From positions 222,006 to 286,005 of the forward strand of contig CP070751.1 in assembly GCA_020348445.1 (NCBI GenBank): a stretch of DNA of 64,000 bases, given 5' to 3'. Positions 47,285 through 58,138 of the stretch are shown here, piece by piece (the first letter of the stretch is position 1; each line of letters starts with the position of its first letter). The translations under genes and the position numbers were made by a program. The DNA is from Thermoplasmata archaeon (GTDB taxonomy: Archaea; Thermoplasmatota; Thermoplasmata; GCA-020350865). Below the pieces are notes generated by a model. That model did not search any database and had not been told where the DNA came from. It was given only the letters and a program-made list of their open reading frames with translations.

Positions 47285-47838
47285 CCCCCAATAAAACCCT
47301 CTCAGAAATAATGGCCCTTAAAAGAAAATCTATACCCTATGTAAGATATGGTCATTATTTTACAATATATGGATTAGTCAAATATATCCCCCCCCCAGTG
47401 GGAGATTTACTTAGGTACGGTGTCCTAAAATTCTATCTTAAGGGTATTTCTAAAAAAACATGGATTAAAGATGGAGTAACAATATCATATCCCGAAAATG
47501 TCTCTATAGGATCGAACTGTACACTCAACGAATTTGTATTCATAAACGGATATGGTGGAGTAGAAATCGGTAATTGGGTTCGTATTGCTCATCGAACCTC
47601 GATAATCTCTGAAGACCATGGGTATAAGCGTCGTGACATACCTATAAGTCTTCAGAAAAAAAAGGGCAAAAAAATAGTTATAGGGGACGATGTCTGGATA
47701 GGGTGTGACGTAAAAATATTGAAAGGGGTCAAGGTAGGAAAGGGCGCAGTAATTGGAGCAGGTTCAGTGGTCACAAAAGACGTACCCAATTTTGCGGTAG
47801 TGGTTGGAAATCCCGCAAAAATAATCAAGTATAGATAA
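47239..47838 (+). CDS. Hexapeptide-repeat (LbH) O-acyltransferase
   Basis: IGDDVWIGCDVKILKGVKVGKGAVIGAGSVVTKDVP...VGNPAK. Confidence 0.92.
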   Translation: MASFNGREMEKKKALAPNKTLSEIMALKRKSIPYVRYGHYFTIYGLVKYIPPPVGDLLRYGVLKFYLKGISKKTWIKDGVTISYPENVSIGSNCTLNEFVFINGYGGVEIGNWVRIAHRTSIISEDHGYKRRDIPISLQKKKGKKIVIGDDVWIGCDVKILKGVKVGKGAVIGAGSVVTKDVPNFAVVVGNPAKIIKYR

Positions 47839-47881
47839 AATCAAATGAATTCCTCAATCATAAATATATTTAATCAAAAAT

Positions 47882-48679
47882 ATGAGGCGATGTTTGGTGG
47901 AGAAGAAGAAATCTTTTGATTATGTAGAAGATCATTATTTCAAATTGAAAGATCAAGAAGAAGATTTTAGAAATAACAACCTAACCGACCTATTATTGAC
48001 ATATTTAAAAGGTGGAACTGTGTTAGATATTGGTTGTGGTGTTGGATATTTTTTATCCAAAGCCGAAAAAAGATGTTCAAAAGCCTATGGCATTGAACCC
48101 AATAAGAATCTATCTCGGTTCATAAGAAAAGAATTCAACAGTTCGGTTATAATTTTTGAAATCTGGGCACAGGAATTGGACACTTTAAAAGAAAAATTTG
48201 ACAATATTACGATGATTGATGTTTTGGAACATATCGAAGAGGATGAAGAACATATAAGAACAATTTTTAATCAATTAAACGATAAAGGACGCTTCATTCT
48301 TGTGGTCCCCGCTCATAAAATCCTTTTTGGGATCAGGGATAAGAAAGCAGGGCATTATAGAAGATATGCTAAATATGAGTTGATTACAAAATTACAAAAA
48401 AATGGATTCAATATCATGAAAATAAGACATTGGAATATGATTGGTTTTTTTCCGTATTATGGGACCGAAAAAATCTTGCATAAAGAATTATCCTCTCGGA
48501 TAAGGTTTGACAAGGAGAAGGGAACAGTTAGGAAAATATTAAATTCTTTTTTTAATCTGTGGTTTAAATGCATTGAAAATAATGTCAATTTTCATTTTGG
48601 CCTTTCTTTAATAGTAGTTGCAGAGAAAAGTAATAATCTAAAAAAGACCAAAACCATAATAAGAGGGAAAGAAGATTAA
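47882..48679 (+). CDS. Class I SAM-dependent methyltransferase
   Basis: VLDIGCGVG, DVLEHIEED, VPAH and HYRRY motifs. Confidence 0.9.
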   Translation: MRRCLVEKKKSFDYVEDHYFKLKDQEEDFRNNNLTDLLLTYLKGGTVLDIGCGVGYFLSKAEKRCSKAYGIEPNKNLSRFIRKEFNSSVIIFEIWAQELDTLKEKFDNITMIDVLEHIEEDEEHIRTIFNQLNDKGRFILVVPAHKILFGIRDKKAGHYRRYAKYELITKLQKNGFNIMKIRHWNMIGFFPYYGTEKILHKELSSRIRFDKEKGTVRKILNSFFNLWFKCIENNVNFHFGLSLIVVAEKSNNLKKTKTIIRGKED

Positions 48680-48806
48680 TAAAAAAAAGGGTGATAGCCA
48701 AGATATTAAATTAATTCTGATATTACAATATATAATATATGGCCTCAGAACAACCCAAATATTCATAGGAAAATAAATCATTCAAATTAAATGTTTGGTG
48801 AATTAA

Positions 48807-50450
48807 ATGCCAGTAAAAATGTATAATTCCTCAAGGTTTTTTAATATATTAAAAAAATTATTAAATAAAGTCTCAATGATACCATTAAATAAAAAAGTAT
48901 TATGCATAAGGCTTCTCCTTATATCTTTTATCCTTTTAGGTGGTGGTTTGAGGTTATTCGAACTTACATCAAGACCTTTTGTGGCAGATGAGGGGATATC
49001 AACAATGGCTGCAATTGATATCTATAAAACAGGTTACCCTCCAACCACACCTGGTGATGTGGTGTATTGGAGGTCAGTATTTCATACCTCATCCATGGCA
49101 ATATTCTTTCAATTTTTAGGTATAAGTGTTTTTGTTGCAAGATTGCCAAGCGTTATTGCCGGAACGCTAACAATTTTGTTAATCTATTATTTTGGAAAGG
49201 AACTGATGAACTGGAAAGTAGGTCTTATTGCTGCATTTCTTTTATCTGTTAATACCCTAGCTATAGATTTAAGCAGGGAGGCTAGAATGTACGCATTCTT
49301 CCAATTCTTTTACCTACTATCCTTATATTTCTTTTATAAGGGTTTTGAAGTTAAAGAGGGAAAAACCCTTCGCCTTTTCAATGACAGAATAAAAATTGAG
49401 AATATAAGGCCGTTTTACATTGTTTCTTCATTTGGAGTATTCTTAATTTCATTCCTATGTCACCAAGGTACAGCTGTTTTAATACTAGGAATCATTGGTT
49501 ATGCAGTTGTGATGAGTGTAATTTTGCGTAAAAAAGATCCCACATCAGTGGTGTATTTAGATAAATACTTATTACTACTTCTACTTTCGATTATTATAAT
49601 CATAGCCGGTATTTTAATGATTACTCTTACTGATTATGGTCAAAAATTTCCTTCTTTAACATCTTATCTAAGCATCAATTTAGGGGCAATTAAAACCAGC
49701 ATTGTTTATAATGGTTTCTATTTCATCCAAAACTTTCCAATTGAATGGTGCTTTGCAACGCTCGGTTTGTTTTTGATTTTAAGAAATAGGAGAAAGAACG
49801 AGTTTTTCCTTATGCTCTCCTTTTTAGTTCCTCTAGTCTTTCAATTATTGTTTTTCCATTTCACTTTTATTGGCTATAAATATATATTCCATTTAATTCC
49901 ATTATTCATTATTCTTAGTGCCTATGGTATCTATGAGGTAGCTAGATATCTTAGAGCCTTTGAATATCTGAGAGTTCACCTAAACATTATACCTAGGCTT
50001 TTCTGCATCTTTTTATGTGTATTGATCATTTTCGCCGGCTTTTCTTATGCCTATTTTTCCACTCATAGGGGTAAGATGGCATCGCCTTATTGGCGAGAGG
50101 CCTGTGAATATGTGCTTATTAATTCCAAGAATGACACATCATTGATTGCCTCCGTTGGTATTATTCCCTATTTCTTTCTGGAATCTGATGAGTACGGGTT
50201 AAGACCGGAATATCCAGAGTATGCTCATAAAAATATCACGATCTATGACAGGCCTTATCTACATACAAGAGAGGATCTTGAAAACTTTACTAGAACACAT
50301 GATAACGGTTGGATATTGATAGATATGGATCGTTGGAATTGGGAAGAAGTTATAACCGAAGATGCAAAAATGTATCTCCAAGAAAATATGACCTATCATC
50401 CTTATAAATACCATGGATATTTGTTTATATATTCATGGGGATACGATTAG
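48807..50450 (+). CDS. GT-C fold (ArnT/GT39-like) membrane glycosyltransferase
   Basis: ADEG, ARLPSVIAG and SREARMYA motifs; many TM segments. Confidence 0.85.
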   Translation: MPVKMYNSSRFFNILKKLLNKVSMIPLNKKVLCIRLLLISFILLGGGLRLFELTSRPFVADEGISTMAAIDIYKTGYPPTTPGDVVYWRSVFHTSSMAIFFQFLGISVFVARLPSVIAGTLTILLIYYFGKELMNWKVGLIAAFLLSVNTLAIDLSREARMYAFFQFFYLLSLYFFYKGFEVKEGKTLRLFNDRIKIENIRPFYIVSSFGVFLISFLCHQGTAVLILGIIGYAVVMSVILRKKDPTSVVYLDKYLLLLLLSIIIIIAGILMITLTDYGQKFPSLTSYLSINLGAIKTSIVYNGFYFIQNFPIEWCFATLGLFLILRNRRKNEFFLMLSFLVPLVFQLLFFHFTFIGYKYIFHLIPLFIILSAYGIYEVARYLRAFEYLRVHLNIIPRLFCIFLCVLIIFAGFSYAYFSTHRGKMASPYWREACEYVLINSKNDTSLIASVGIIPYFFLESDEYGLRPEYPEYAHKNITIYDRPYLHTREDLENFTRTHDNGWILIDMDRWNWEEVITEDAKMYLQENMTYHPYKYHGYLFIYSWGYD

Positions 50451-50518
50451 TACCAATACAATATCTAATACATCTCATTTCTGAAGTTATATATATGGGA
50501 AGGATTATGGGGGAATAG

Positions 50519-51721
50519 GTGCTCATGAAGATTCTGTTTCTCGCGTTGGACGTGAATATTAAAAGCAAAACCGGGGATGCTGTGCATGTCCGTGAAGAGG
50601 TTGCGTCTTTGGCGAAAATTGGGAACGAAGTAACCTTGATTGCTCCGCAAACAGATGGTCCTGAGGATGAGTTAAAATCTTTACAAAACCAAGACAATAT
50701 CAATTTGTATTTCAACAAACCCAAGAAATATTTTCGGAATCTTAAAACGGTTTTATTCTGCAGAAAAATTGCCAAAAAACACGGATCGATTATTATCTAT
50801 GAACGAAGGTTCACACCAAAGATAGGTTACACTTTGAGTAAGATATTGAGAATTCCATTGATCGTTGAGATAAATGGATTAACTGATAAGGAAGCTGAAA
50901 TCCAAAATATTGCTAAAACACGGAACATAATTCCAAAAACTCTAAGAAAGAGAATATGGAGGCATATGTTCAAATCAGTAAAGCGGGTGGTGGTGGTTTC
51001 TTTGGGATTGAAATCTGGACTCACAGAGGAATACGGTTTAAAAAAAGATAAAATAGATGTTATTTACAACGGGGCGAACACTGAACTATTCAAACCCATG
51101 GATATTGTAAAATGCAAAGAAGATCTTGAATTGAATATAAAGCATAGATATGTAGGATTTATCGGTAATCTAGCACCATGGCAAGGTGTGGAGCAGTTGA
51201 TTGAGATTGCACCGAAGGTAATTGAAAAGATCCCTGAAGCGAGATTTTTAATTGTAGGCGATGGACTAATGAGGCCTCAGTTAGAAAGTTCCACAGAGAA
51301 ATTAGGCATCAGGGATAAAGTCATTTTCACAGGATTCATTCCTTACGCAAGTGTTCCAAAGTACATAAACACGTTTGAGGTATGTGCAGCGCCCTTCAGT
51401 GGAATAGAAAGGAACGTAAAGTACAGTTTTTCTGCTATTAAACTATATGAATATATGGCATGTGGAAAACCTGTTGTGACAACTGATGTGGTGGGAATTA
51501 AAGAGGAAATTAACCAGCTTGGTTTAGGCAAGATTGTTAAGGCAGATGATACCCATGCTTTTAGGGAATCAATAATCGAAATATTAGATAATCCAGAACT
51601 TCAGATTGAATATGGAGAAAAAGCGAGAGATTGGGTATTAAAGGAGCATAGTTGGCAAAATGTGGCAGAGAGGGTTCAAAGGGTCTGTCTAAATGTGATA
51701 TCTGGTACAGCAACTATTTAA
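50519..51721 (+). CDS. GT4 glycosyltransferase
   Basis: VIYNGAN, GFIGNLAPWQGV and KLYEYMACGKPVV motifs; GTG start. Confidence 0.92.
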   Translation: MLMKILFLALDVNIKSKTGDAVHVREEVASLAKIGNEVTLIAPQTDGPEDELKSLQNQDNINLYFNKPKKYFRNLKTVLFCRKIAKKHGSIIIYERRFTPKIGYTLSKILRIPLIVEINGLTDKEAEIQNIAKTRNIIPKTLRKRIWRHMFKSVKRVVVVSLGLKSGLTEEYGLKKDKIDVIYNGANTELFKPMDIVKCKEDLELNIKHRYVGFIGNLAPWQGVEQLIEIAPKVIEKIPEARFLIVGDGLMRPQLESSTEKLGIRDKVIFTGFIPYASVPKYINTFEVCAAPFSGIERNVKYSFSAIKLYEYMACGKPVVTTDVVGIKEEINQLGLGKIVKADDTHAFRESIIEILDNPELQIEYGEKARDWVLKEHSWQNVAERVQRVCLNVISGTATI

Positions 51722-51756
51722 TACAGGTACACGATTCTAATGGCGAGAGTTTGATT

Positions 51757-53109
51757 ATGGTTGCCTTAGAAGACCTTCTTGGAAAAATCTCCAGCGGTTC
51801 AGCAAAGGTGGGTATTATTGGCTTAGGATATGTTGGCTTACCCCTGGCCATGACAATGTCAAGGAGATTCAAAGTTGTGGGTTACGATAAATCCAGTGAA
51901 ATAATCAAGTCACTGAGTGAAGGAAAATCACCTGTAACAGATGTAAAGGACTCGCTTTTGGCTGAACGTCTGGGGGAATTCTTTTCCCCGTCAGGAAATG
52001 AACAGGATTTGGAGGATTGCGATTTTTTAATAATCTGTGTTCCGACACCTCTTGATACTGAGAAAAAACCGGATTTATCTTATATCAAATCCGCTTGCAA
52101 TGATATTAAAGAATTCTTAAAAAAAGGACAGTTTATAATACTAGAGAGCACAACATATCCTGGGACAACAGAGGAAGTAATGGTTCCCTTGCTTGAAAAA
52201 AGCGGCCTTAAAGCAGGTACTGATTTTGGAGTTGCCTACTCACCTGAGCGCGTTGATCCTGGTAATAAGAAATATTCGATAGAAAAGATACCAAAAGTTG
52301 TTGGCGGAGTCAATGAGACCTGCACTGAAATAGTAGCAAAGTTGTATGAAAGCGTTTTAGAAGTCGAGGTAATAAAGGCCAGAAATTGCAGAACAGCCGA
52401 AGCCTCGAAGATAGTTGAAAACATCTTTAGGGATGTGAACATAGCATTGGCCAATGAGCTGGCCCTTGTTTTCGAGAAGATGGACATAGATGCCTGGGAG
52501 GTTATAAAAATCGCCTCTACAAAGCCCTTTGGATTTATGCCGTTTTACCCAGGACCAGGTGTTGGTGGGCACTGCATACCAGTTGACCCATACTATCTCT
52601 CCTATCAGGCCAGAAAATATGATATCATACCACGCTTTATTGAGCTAAGCGGTGAAATAAACGATTTTATGCCTGTGCATGTAACCAATCTTTTAAGAAA
52701 TGGTTTGAAGCAGGTTAATAAGGAAATGGCAAAGGCAACAATAGCTATTCTTGGAATCACATATAAAAAAGATGTGAATGATACAAGGGAATCACCTGCC
52801 CGAATTGTTATCGAGCAGATTGTAAGCTCAGGTGGGAATGTAAAAATATTCGATCCTTTTGCCAAAGAAATCGAAACAAAACATGGAATAATCGGATCCG
52901 AAAGCAGTGCTGAGGATGCTGTAAAAGATGCTGATGCATTGGTGATCTTGGTGGATCATAGTATTTTTTCCAAGGAAATGTTATCCAATCTCATAAAAAC
53001 GATAAAAAGGCCAATAATTGTGGATTGCAAGAATATTTTAAAAGATGGCCTTGAGGGAATCTGTGAAGATGGTCTATATTTTGGAATTGGCAAGCCCAAA
53101 TTACAATAA
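51757..53109 (+). CDS. Nucleotide-sugar dehydrogenase (UDP-GlcNAc/ManNAc 6-dehydrogenase, WbpA/WecC-like)
   Basis: GLGYVGLPLA, ICVPTP, ESTTYPGTT, YSPERVDPGN and GGHCIPVDP motifs; start trimmed to MVALED. Confidence 0.93.
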   Translation: MVALEDLLGKISSGSAKVGIIGLGYVGLPLAMTMSRRFKVVGYDKSSEIIKSLSEGKSPVTDVKDSLLAERLGEFFSPSGNEQDLEDCDFLIICVPTPLDTEKKPDLSYIKSACNDIKEFLKKGQFIILESTTYPGTTEEVMVPLLEKSGLKAGTDFGVAYSPERVDPGNKKYSIEKIPKVVGGVNETCTEIVAKLYESVLEVEVIKARNCRTAEASKIVENIFRDVNIALANELALVFEKMDIDAWEVIKIASTKPFGFMPFYPGPGVGGHCIPVDPYYLSYQARKYDIIPRFIELSGEINDFMPVHVTNLLRNGLKQVNKEMAKATIAILGITYKKDVNDTRESPARIVIEQIVSSGGNVKIFDPFAKEIETKHGIIGSESSAEDAVKDADALVILVDHSIFSKEMLSNLIKTIKRPIIVDCKNILKDGLEGICEDGLYFGIGKPKLQ

Positions 53110-53245
53110 AAATAGATTGAATCAAAATGGTTAATTATTTGAATGTAAATCCAAAAATATGAAAATACAGGGGTGGGGCAAAAAAGAGCTTATGTAGTAA
53201 ATTGATCGATCTAGCAAACAAGAAAAAAGTTATGCCACATTTATC

Positions 53246-54601
53246 CTAGACATATCCCTTTGGCGAATCGATAATAATAAACTTCCGAATCATGTCATAA
53301 AATGTTTTGTTCTTTTGTAGCATATCTCTTGATATCCCCACTTTTCGCCCCTTCAAGGTCTTTGATATCTCATATGGGACAGAATATTTTTCAGGTAGAA
53401 ATTTCTTGGTTAAGGGATATTCTGTAAGAAAAACATCATTTGGGGGATTTCTTTTTAGCATGATTTTATCTTTATTTCGTGTGAAATCATAAATTGGATT
53501 GATTATTGGATTCTGCATCTTCTTAATATATTGATCTAAATTCTCATATTTACCAATCAACTCATCATCCAATGTGCCAGCTATCGAAATAGCATCTGCA
53601 TTGTTAATAATCTCGTCGTTGTATTTTTTTGTTAAATCAAGCTCGCTTTTTTGCATGAAATCTTCGATCAAGTGACTCTCTGGGACGATGCAAGTATTTA
53701 AATCTTTAAAAAGCGCACTCCAGGCAGAGGGTGATAACGGGTATCCCCTGCTGATATTTTCTTTAAGAGCGTTGTGAAGATGTAGCAATAACAGAGCGCC
53801 GTTTTGTTTCAGGATACGTTCGCATTCCCTTGCAAGCTGGGCCCGATTTGATACATAGTGAAACGAATCCATCATGATAATCGATGAAAAAGTATCTTTG
53901 GAAAAAGGCAGGGGGTTATTGGCATCCATACATATGAAATTCGCATCTTTCACCATTATTTTTTTAGCAAGAAATAACATGGTGTAGTTCTCATCTGCAC
54001 ATACAAGATTTTGAGGTTTGATGTGCTTTGAAAGAATAAAAGAGGCGTGACCTGCACCGCAGCCAAGATCTAAGACTCTATCGTCTTTTCTCTCTATCAT
54101 GTGGATAAATGGATAAAGAGACCAAAGGGTTTGAGATGAAAATCGATGTTTTAAATAATCACCCCATGTGTTAGGCTCCATCATGTCTATAATGTCAAAA
54201 AAAGACAGTTTATTGGTTAATTTATCGTATAATCTTCTTTTCCTCCGCCGAACTAGTGTTAAAATAGGGGAAATTGATCTTCGTAAAGGTCCTAAAGATG
54301 AAAGAAATATATGTAAATTCAATAGGGAATTTTCTATACTTTCACGTTTGAGTGGAAGGGCTTTCGCATCCTTTGGATATCCAGCCTTCATTCTCTCAAT
54401 AAGATAGGCTGTACTTGACATCCCATCGTGAGAAGAAGGTTTCTTATAAATGAGAATGCCATCTAAAATCGGATATTCGGTACAATCGCAACCCACAACA
54501 GCATCTATATATTCATTATCTATTTTGTTATATACCTTCCTCAACTCGATGGCTGAGTTGCAATCAGGGCAATGTAAAAGGTTCAATGTATCCTCTTTCA
54601 T
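53246..54601 (-). CDS. SAM-dependent methyltransferase with N-terminal Trm112-like zinc ribbon
   Basis: LHCPDC...CDC.EYPILDGI, VLDLGCGAG and DSFHYV motifs. Confidence 0.85.
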   Translation of the reverse strand: MKEDTLNLLHCPDCNSAIELRKVYNKIDNEYIDAVVGCDCTEYPILDGILIYKKPSSHDGMSSTAYLIERMKAGYPKDAKALPLKRESIENSLLNLHIFLSSLGPLRRSISPILTLVRRRKRRLYDKLTNKLSFFDIIDMMEPNTWGDYLKHRFSSQTLWSLYPFIHMIERKDDRVLDLGCGAGHASFILSKHIKPQNLVCADENYTMLFLAKKIMVKDANFICMDANNPLPFSKDTFSSIIMMDSFHYVSNRAQLARECERILKQNGALLLLHLHNALKENISRGYPLSPSAWSALFKDLNTCIVPESHLIEDFMQKSELDLTKKYNDEIINNADAISIAGTLDDELIGKYENLDQYIKKMQNPIINPIYDFTRNKDKIMLKRNPPNDVFLTEYPLTKKFLPEKYSVPYEISKTLKGRKVGISRDMLQKNKTFYDMIRKFIIIDSPKGYV

Positions 54602-54699
54602 AACAGCTTTCTCCTAACCTTTCCTTCCCTATATATATTGTGATGCCTGATTCTCAAAAAATGAATTAGGGATTTCTAATAAAGAGATCGATTTACTCA

Positions 54700-55488
54700 T
54701 CACATCAATCTCCAGAAGCTTTCGGTATCATTGAAGTAAACACTTAAGGGAACAAGAAGATGCTCCTTGGTTTTATACCTCCTTATGCATTTTTTCTTTA
54801 CATCCTTAGTTTCCTTATCTAAAGTTATTTCCCTCAGTTTTCTTGTAGCCTTAAGAAAACGCTTTTGTTTTGCTTTTAGTTCAATACTTTTTCTTACATA
54901 CGAGACATAATAACCGTAAACAGCAAAAGGTTTTTTCATATCCTTGACAATGTCTCTAATAATCATGCCAGAGGAGCGATGATCACCATCACCATCCTTT
55001 GGATGGGTTATGTAAACCCTCTTTGGATTATATTGCGATAGGATTTTATCAATATCGCCGATAAAACTAGCCCTGCAGTAAGGAACATTTTTACTGTAAG
55101 AATTCTCGTATGCTGTAAAGTTCAATCCCGTGAAACTCGATTTAAAGGGATTGATATCTGAGTACTCATCGGAGAGAAGGATATCCGATAAAAAGTTCTC
55201 CGGGTATCCCAAAAACAATATATCATTCCCGTTTAAGCCCAATAAGTCCATAGCATCCATGGTTTTCTTCTGTCTTTTGTAGCCAAGTTCTATCATATCC
55301 TCATTTCTGGGTTCCCGATGATGTAATTTCTGCCAAGACTCCCAATCAGAATCTCCATTTGTTATAAGTACCAATTTAACGTTTCGGCCTTTTTTTATTT
55401 GGGCATATATCAAACCGGCACATCCAAGGGCTTCGTCTCCTGGATGAGGTGCAAATACAATGATATCACATTTTCTTTCCGAAGGCAT
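54700..55488 (-). CDS. PIG-L/LmbE family N-acetylhexosamine deacetylase-like protein (HPGD variant)
   Basis: FAPHPGDEALG, ITNGD, FLGYP and D.DH motifs. Confidence 0.82.
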   Translation of the reverse strand: MPSERKCDIIVFAPHPGDEALGCAGLIYAQIKKGRNVKLVLITNGDSDWESWQKLHHREPRNEDMIELGYKRQKKTMDAMDLLGLNGNDILFLGYPENFLSDILLSDEYSDINPFKSSFTGLNFTAYENSYSKNVPYCRASFIGDIDKILSQYNPKRVYITHPKDGDGDHRSSGMIIRDIVKDMKKPFAVYGYYVSYVRKSIELKAKQKRFLKATRKLREITLDKETKDVKKKCIRRYKTKEHLLVPLSVYFNDTESFWRLM

Positions 55489-55677
55489 ATTGGGTACAAA
55501 ACCCCCTTTTTAATGGTGCATTTTAAAGAAGGCTGTACGATTAACGGCATATTTAATTATATGGGAAGCCACACCAACGACATATTGATATTCGCATCCA
55601 ACATAATAATCCATAAATAGGAAAAAGCAATGTTGCCTTGATAGATGGATGCGATTTAGAAAGCAGGAGAAGAGTTC

Positions 55678-56805
55678 ATGAAAATTGCCTTGGTGACTCC
55701 GTACTATTTCCCCGTTCTTGGAGGTTACACATTAATCACTTACGGTTTATCAAAGGCATATCATGAAAAAGGGCACGAAGTTATTATTCTTACCCCCAAA
55801 TGCGATCCGTTGCACAAGAATGAAAACATAATCACATTCGATATGAGTTCATTATCGCGAAAGGATAAGTCCCAAATCCAAAAAGGCCTAAATTTCTGGG
55901 AAAGATTGTTCGGATTCAAAGAAATGACCAGCATTCAAAGGGATATGGTATTGGAGATTGAGAGGATCAAACCAGATATAGTTCATACTTTTGGAGCAAT
56001 ACAGTTTGCCTTCATTGGTACTATGAGCTCGGCAAGGAATTATCATTGGGTTCACACATTTATTACCCAGCCACCTAAAAAATTATCCTCCGTAAAGAGA
56101 ATTGTGGCCAAAAAGATTTTTTCCAGGGCCAATTTGATTACCGTAACCGCAGCAAATCAGGTAAAGGATATTAAAGAAAAAATCGGTTTGGATGTTAACA
56201 AGGCGATAAAGGTTGGTGTTGACACAACATTTTTTACACCACCTGCTCAGCTTCAAGAATCCCCCATCATTGGGACAGTATCTAACTTCGTCTGGAAGGA
56301 AAAAGTGGAGGGTTTGTTGCTGTTGATCAGGTCATTTAAAGGAGTACTTAACGCACATCCTGATACTGAACTTGAAATCGTGGGTGAAGGAGAATTTCGA
56401 AATCTTGTTGAAAAAACCATTAAAGCTCATGGATTGGAAAAGAAGGTGAAACTCCTCGGAAGAATGGAAAGAAAAGAGCTGAGTAAATTCTATCGGAGTA
56501 TTTCAGTCTATACTCATATCAGCTATCAAGATACATTGCCGCTTACGGTGCTAGAAGCGATGACATCAGGTATTCCGATCGTGGCATCAGACATAGGTGA
56601 TATGCCTAATGTTGTAACGAAAGATATTGGGATTGTTACCAACTTTAAGGAGGAGACCATCTCAAAAGCAATTTCCAAATTATTGAGTTCATATGATTTG
56701 AGATTAAAGCTAGGGAAAAATGCAAGACTCAAAGCAGAAAAGGAATTCTCCTGGCCTCATGTGGCAGATAAATATCTGACTGCATATGAGGATATACTCC
56801 GATAA
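55678..56805 (+). CDS. GT4 glycosyltransferase
   Basis: KIALVTPYYFPVLGG and DTLPLTVLEAMTSGIPIVASDIG motifs. Confidence 0.92.
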   Translation: MKIALVTPYYFPVLGGYTLITYGLSKAYHEKGHEVIILTPKCDPLHKNENIITFDMSSLSRKDKSQIQKGLNFWERLFGFKEMTSIQRDMVLEIERIKPDIVHTFGAIQFAFIGTMSSARNYHWVHTFITQPPKKLSSVKRIVAKKIFSRANLITVTAANQVKDIKEKIGLDVNKAIKVGVDTTFFTPPAQLQESPIIGTVSNFVWKEKVEGLLLLIRSFKGVLNAHPDTELEIVGEGEFRNLVEKTIKAHGLEKKVKLLGRMERKELSKFYRSISVYTHISYQDTLPLTVLEAMTSGIPIVASDIGDMPNVVTKDIGIVTNFKEETISKAISKLLSSYDLRLKLGKNARLKAEKEFSWPHVADKYLTAYEDILR

Positions 56806-56830
56806 AAAAGAGAAAATTGAGGTTAAGATA

Positions 56831-58120
56831 ATGAAAAATATCGCTGTAATGGGAGCCGGTGTTACCGGTCTTTACTCATCCTTAGAACTTCTAAAAAGGG
56901 GCTACAAGGTAGTATTAATCGAGGCCAAATCCAAAGTGGGTGGAATGGCAAGAAGTGTGATAGATGAGGATTTTACCTTCGATGTTGGCTCCCATGTGAT
57001 TCATACAAATGATCCAAAATATAAAAGATTTATTTCTGATTTATTGGGTGATGATCTTCTTGAAAAAAATATAACAGCCAAAACCTATTTCGACGGGAAG
57101 TTTCACAATTTCCCGCCTATTATGAGGGATATTTTCCATTTCCGGAAAAAGAAAGCTCTTAGAATCTTTTTTGCCCTATTAAAGGGGCGGGTAAATCAAT
57201 TTAGAAGAAAGAAACCGTCCTTTGAGGAGCAGTTGATGTTCCTGGCTGGAAGGGATCTATATGAAACATATTTTGAGGGTTACACCGCCAAGTTCTGGGG
57301 AATATCGCCGAAAAACCTCTCTTCAGAATGGGTGCCAAAACGGGTGATACCACGATTCACAGGAAGGTCAGCTTTAGCAAATGAATGGCAGGCCTATCCA
57401 AAACATGGCGGTATCGAGGCTATCCCGCAAAAAATGGCAAAAAATATTGAGGAGAAAGGAGGGATAATACATCTGAACGCAAAATTGAAATCTGTACAAG
57501 AAAAAGATAACAAGGTCACTATTATTGCCATCGAGACCAATGGCGGAGAACAAAAAATAGCTTGCGATGGCGTGATATTCACAATTCCTTTACCTCTCAT
57601 TTTTGAAATATTTGGTAAGAAGTTCGATTTAAAATATCGCTCGATGATATTCGTGTTTCTCAAACTCAAAGGAACGGAAATATTACCTGATACAACCATA
57701 TGTTTTTTCCCATCGAGTAAATTGCCCTTTACGAGATTGTATGAAATGGCAAAATACAGCCCCCTAACATGTCCTGAGGGTTACACCTCGTTGGGTGTTG
57801 AAATACCGTGTTTCTATCAGGATAAATCGTGGAATAAGAAAGACGATGATACTGCCGAAGAGGTGGTAAATTATTTAGAAAATGAGAAGATAATTAAAAG
57901 AGAGAATTTGAAGGGATATATTGTACAAAAAGAACGATATTCCTATCCAATACCAACCATTGAATATTATCAGAAAATTGAAAAATTGCGGGCCTCACTA
58001 AAAATTTCTAATCTACATCTTGCTGGAAGAATGGGCTACTTCAAATATCTAGATATGTGCGATGCAATGGAGAGTGGTGAGAGAGCGGTGAACTCTCTTA
58101 TATCTTCACATGAGAAATAG
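56831..58120 (+). CDS. FAD-dependent oxidoreductase of the UDP-galactopyranose-mutase/HemY-like group
   Basis: GAGVTG, GGMARS, FDVGSHVIH, YTAKFWG, YPKHGG and GRMGYFKYLDM motifs; start trimmed to MKNIAV. Confidence 0.8.
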   Translation: MKNIAVMGAGVTGLYSSLELLKRGYKVVLIEAKSKVGGMARSVIDEDFTFDVGSHVIHTNDPKYKRFISDLLGDDLLEKNITAKTYFDGKFHNFPPIMRDIFHFRKKKALRIFFALLKGRVNQFRRKKPSFEEQLMFLAGRDLYETYFEGYTAKFWGISPKNLSSEWVPKRVIPRFTGRSALANEWQAYPKHGGIEAIPQKMAKNIEEKGGIIHLNAKLKSVQEKDNKVTIIAIETNGGEQKIACDGVIFTIPLPLIFEIFGKKFDLKYRSMIFVFLKLKGTEILPDTTICFFPSSKLPFTRLYEMAKYSPLTCPEGYTSLGVEIPCFYQDKSWNKKDDDTAEEVVNYLENEKIIKRENLKGYIVQKERYSYPIPTIEYYQKIEKLRASLKISNLHLAGRMGYFKYLDMCDAMESGERAVNSLISSHEK

Positions 58121-58138
58121 AACATATAAATTATAGTA

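Noticed and set aside
55399-55620. 73-aa ORF and the opposite-strand hydrophobic frame in the PIG-L/GT4 intergenic region
   Set aside because: It overlaps the PIG-L start antisense, with no recognisable motif or convincing ribosome-binding site.
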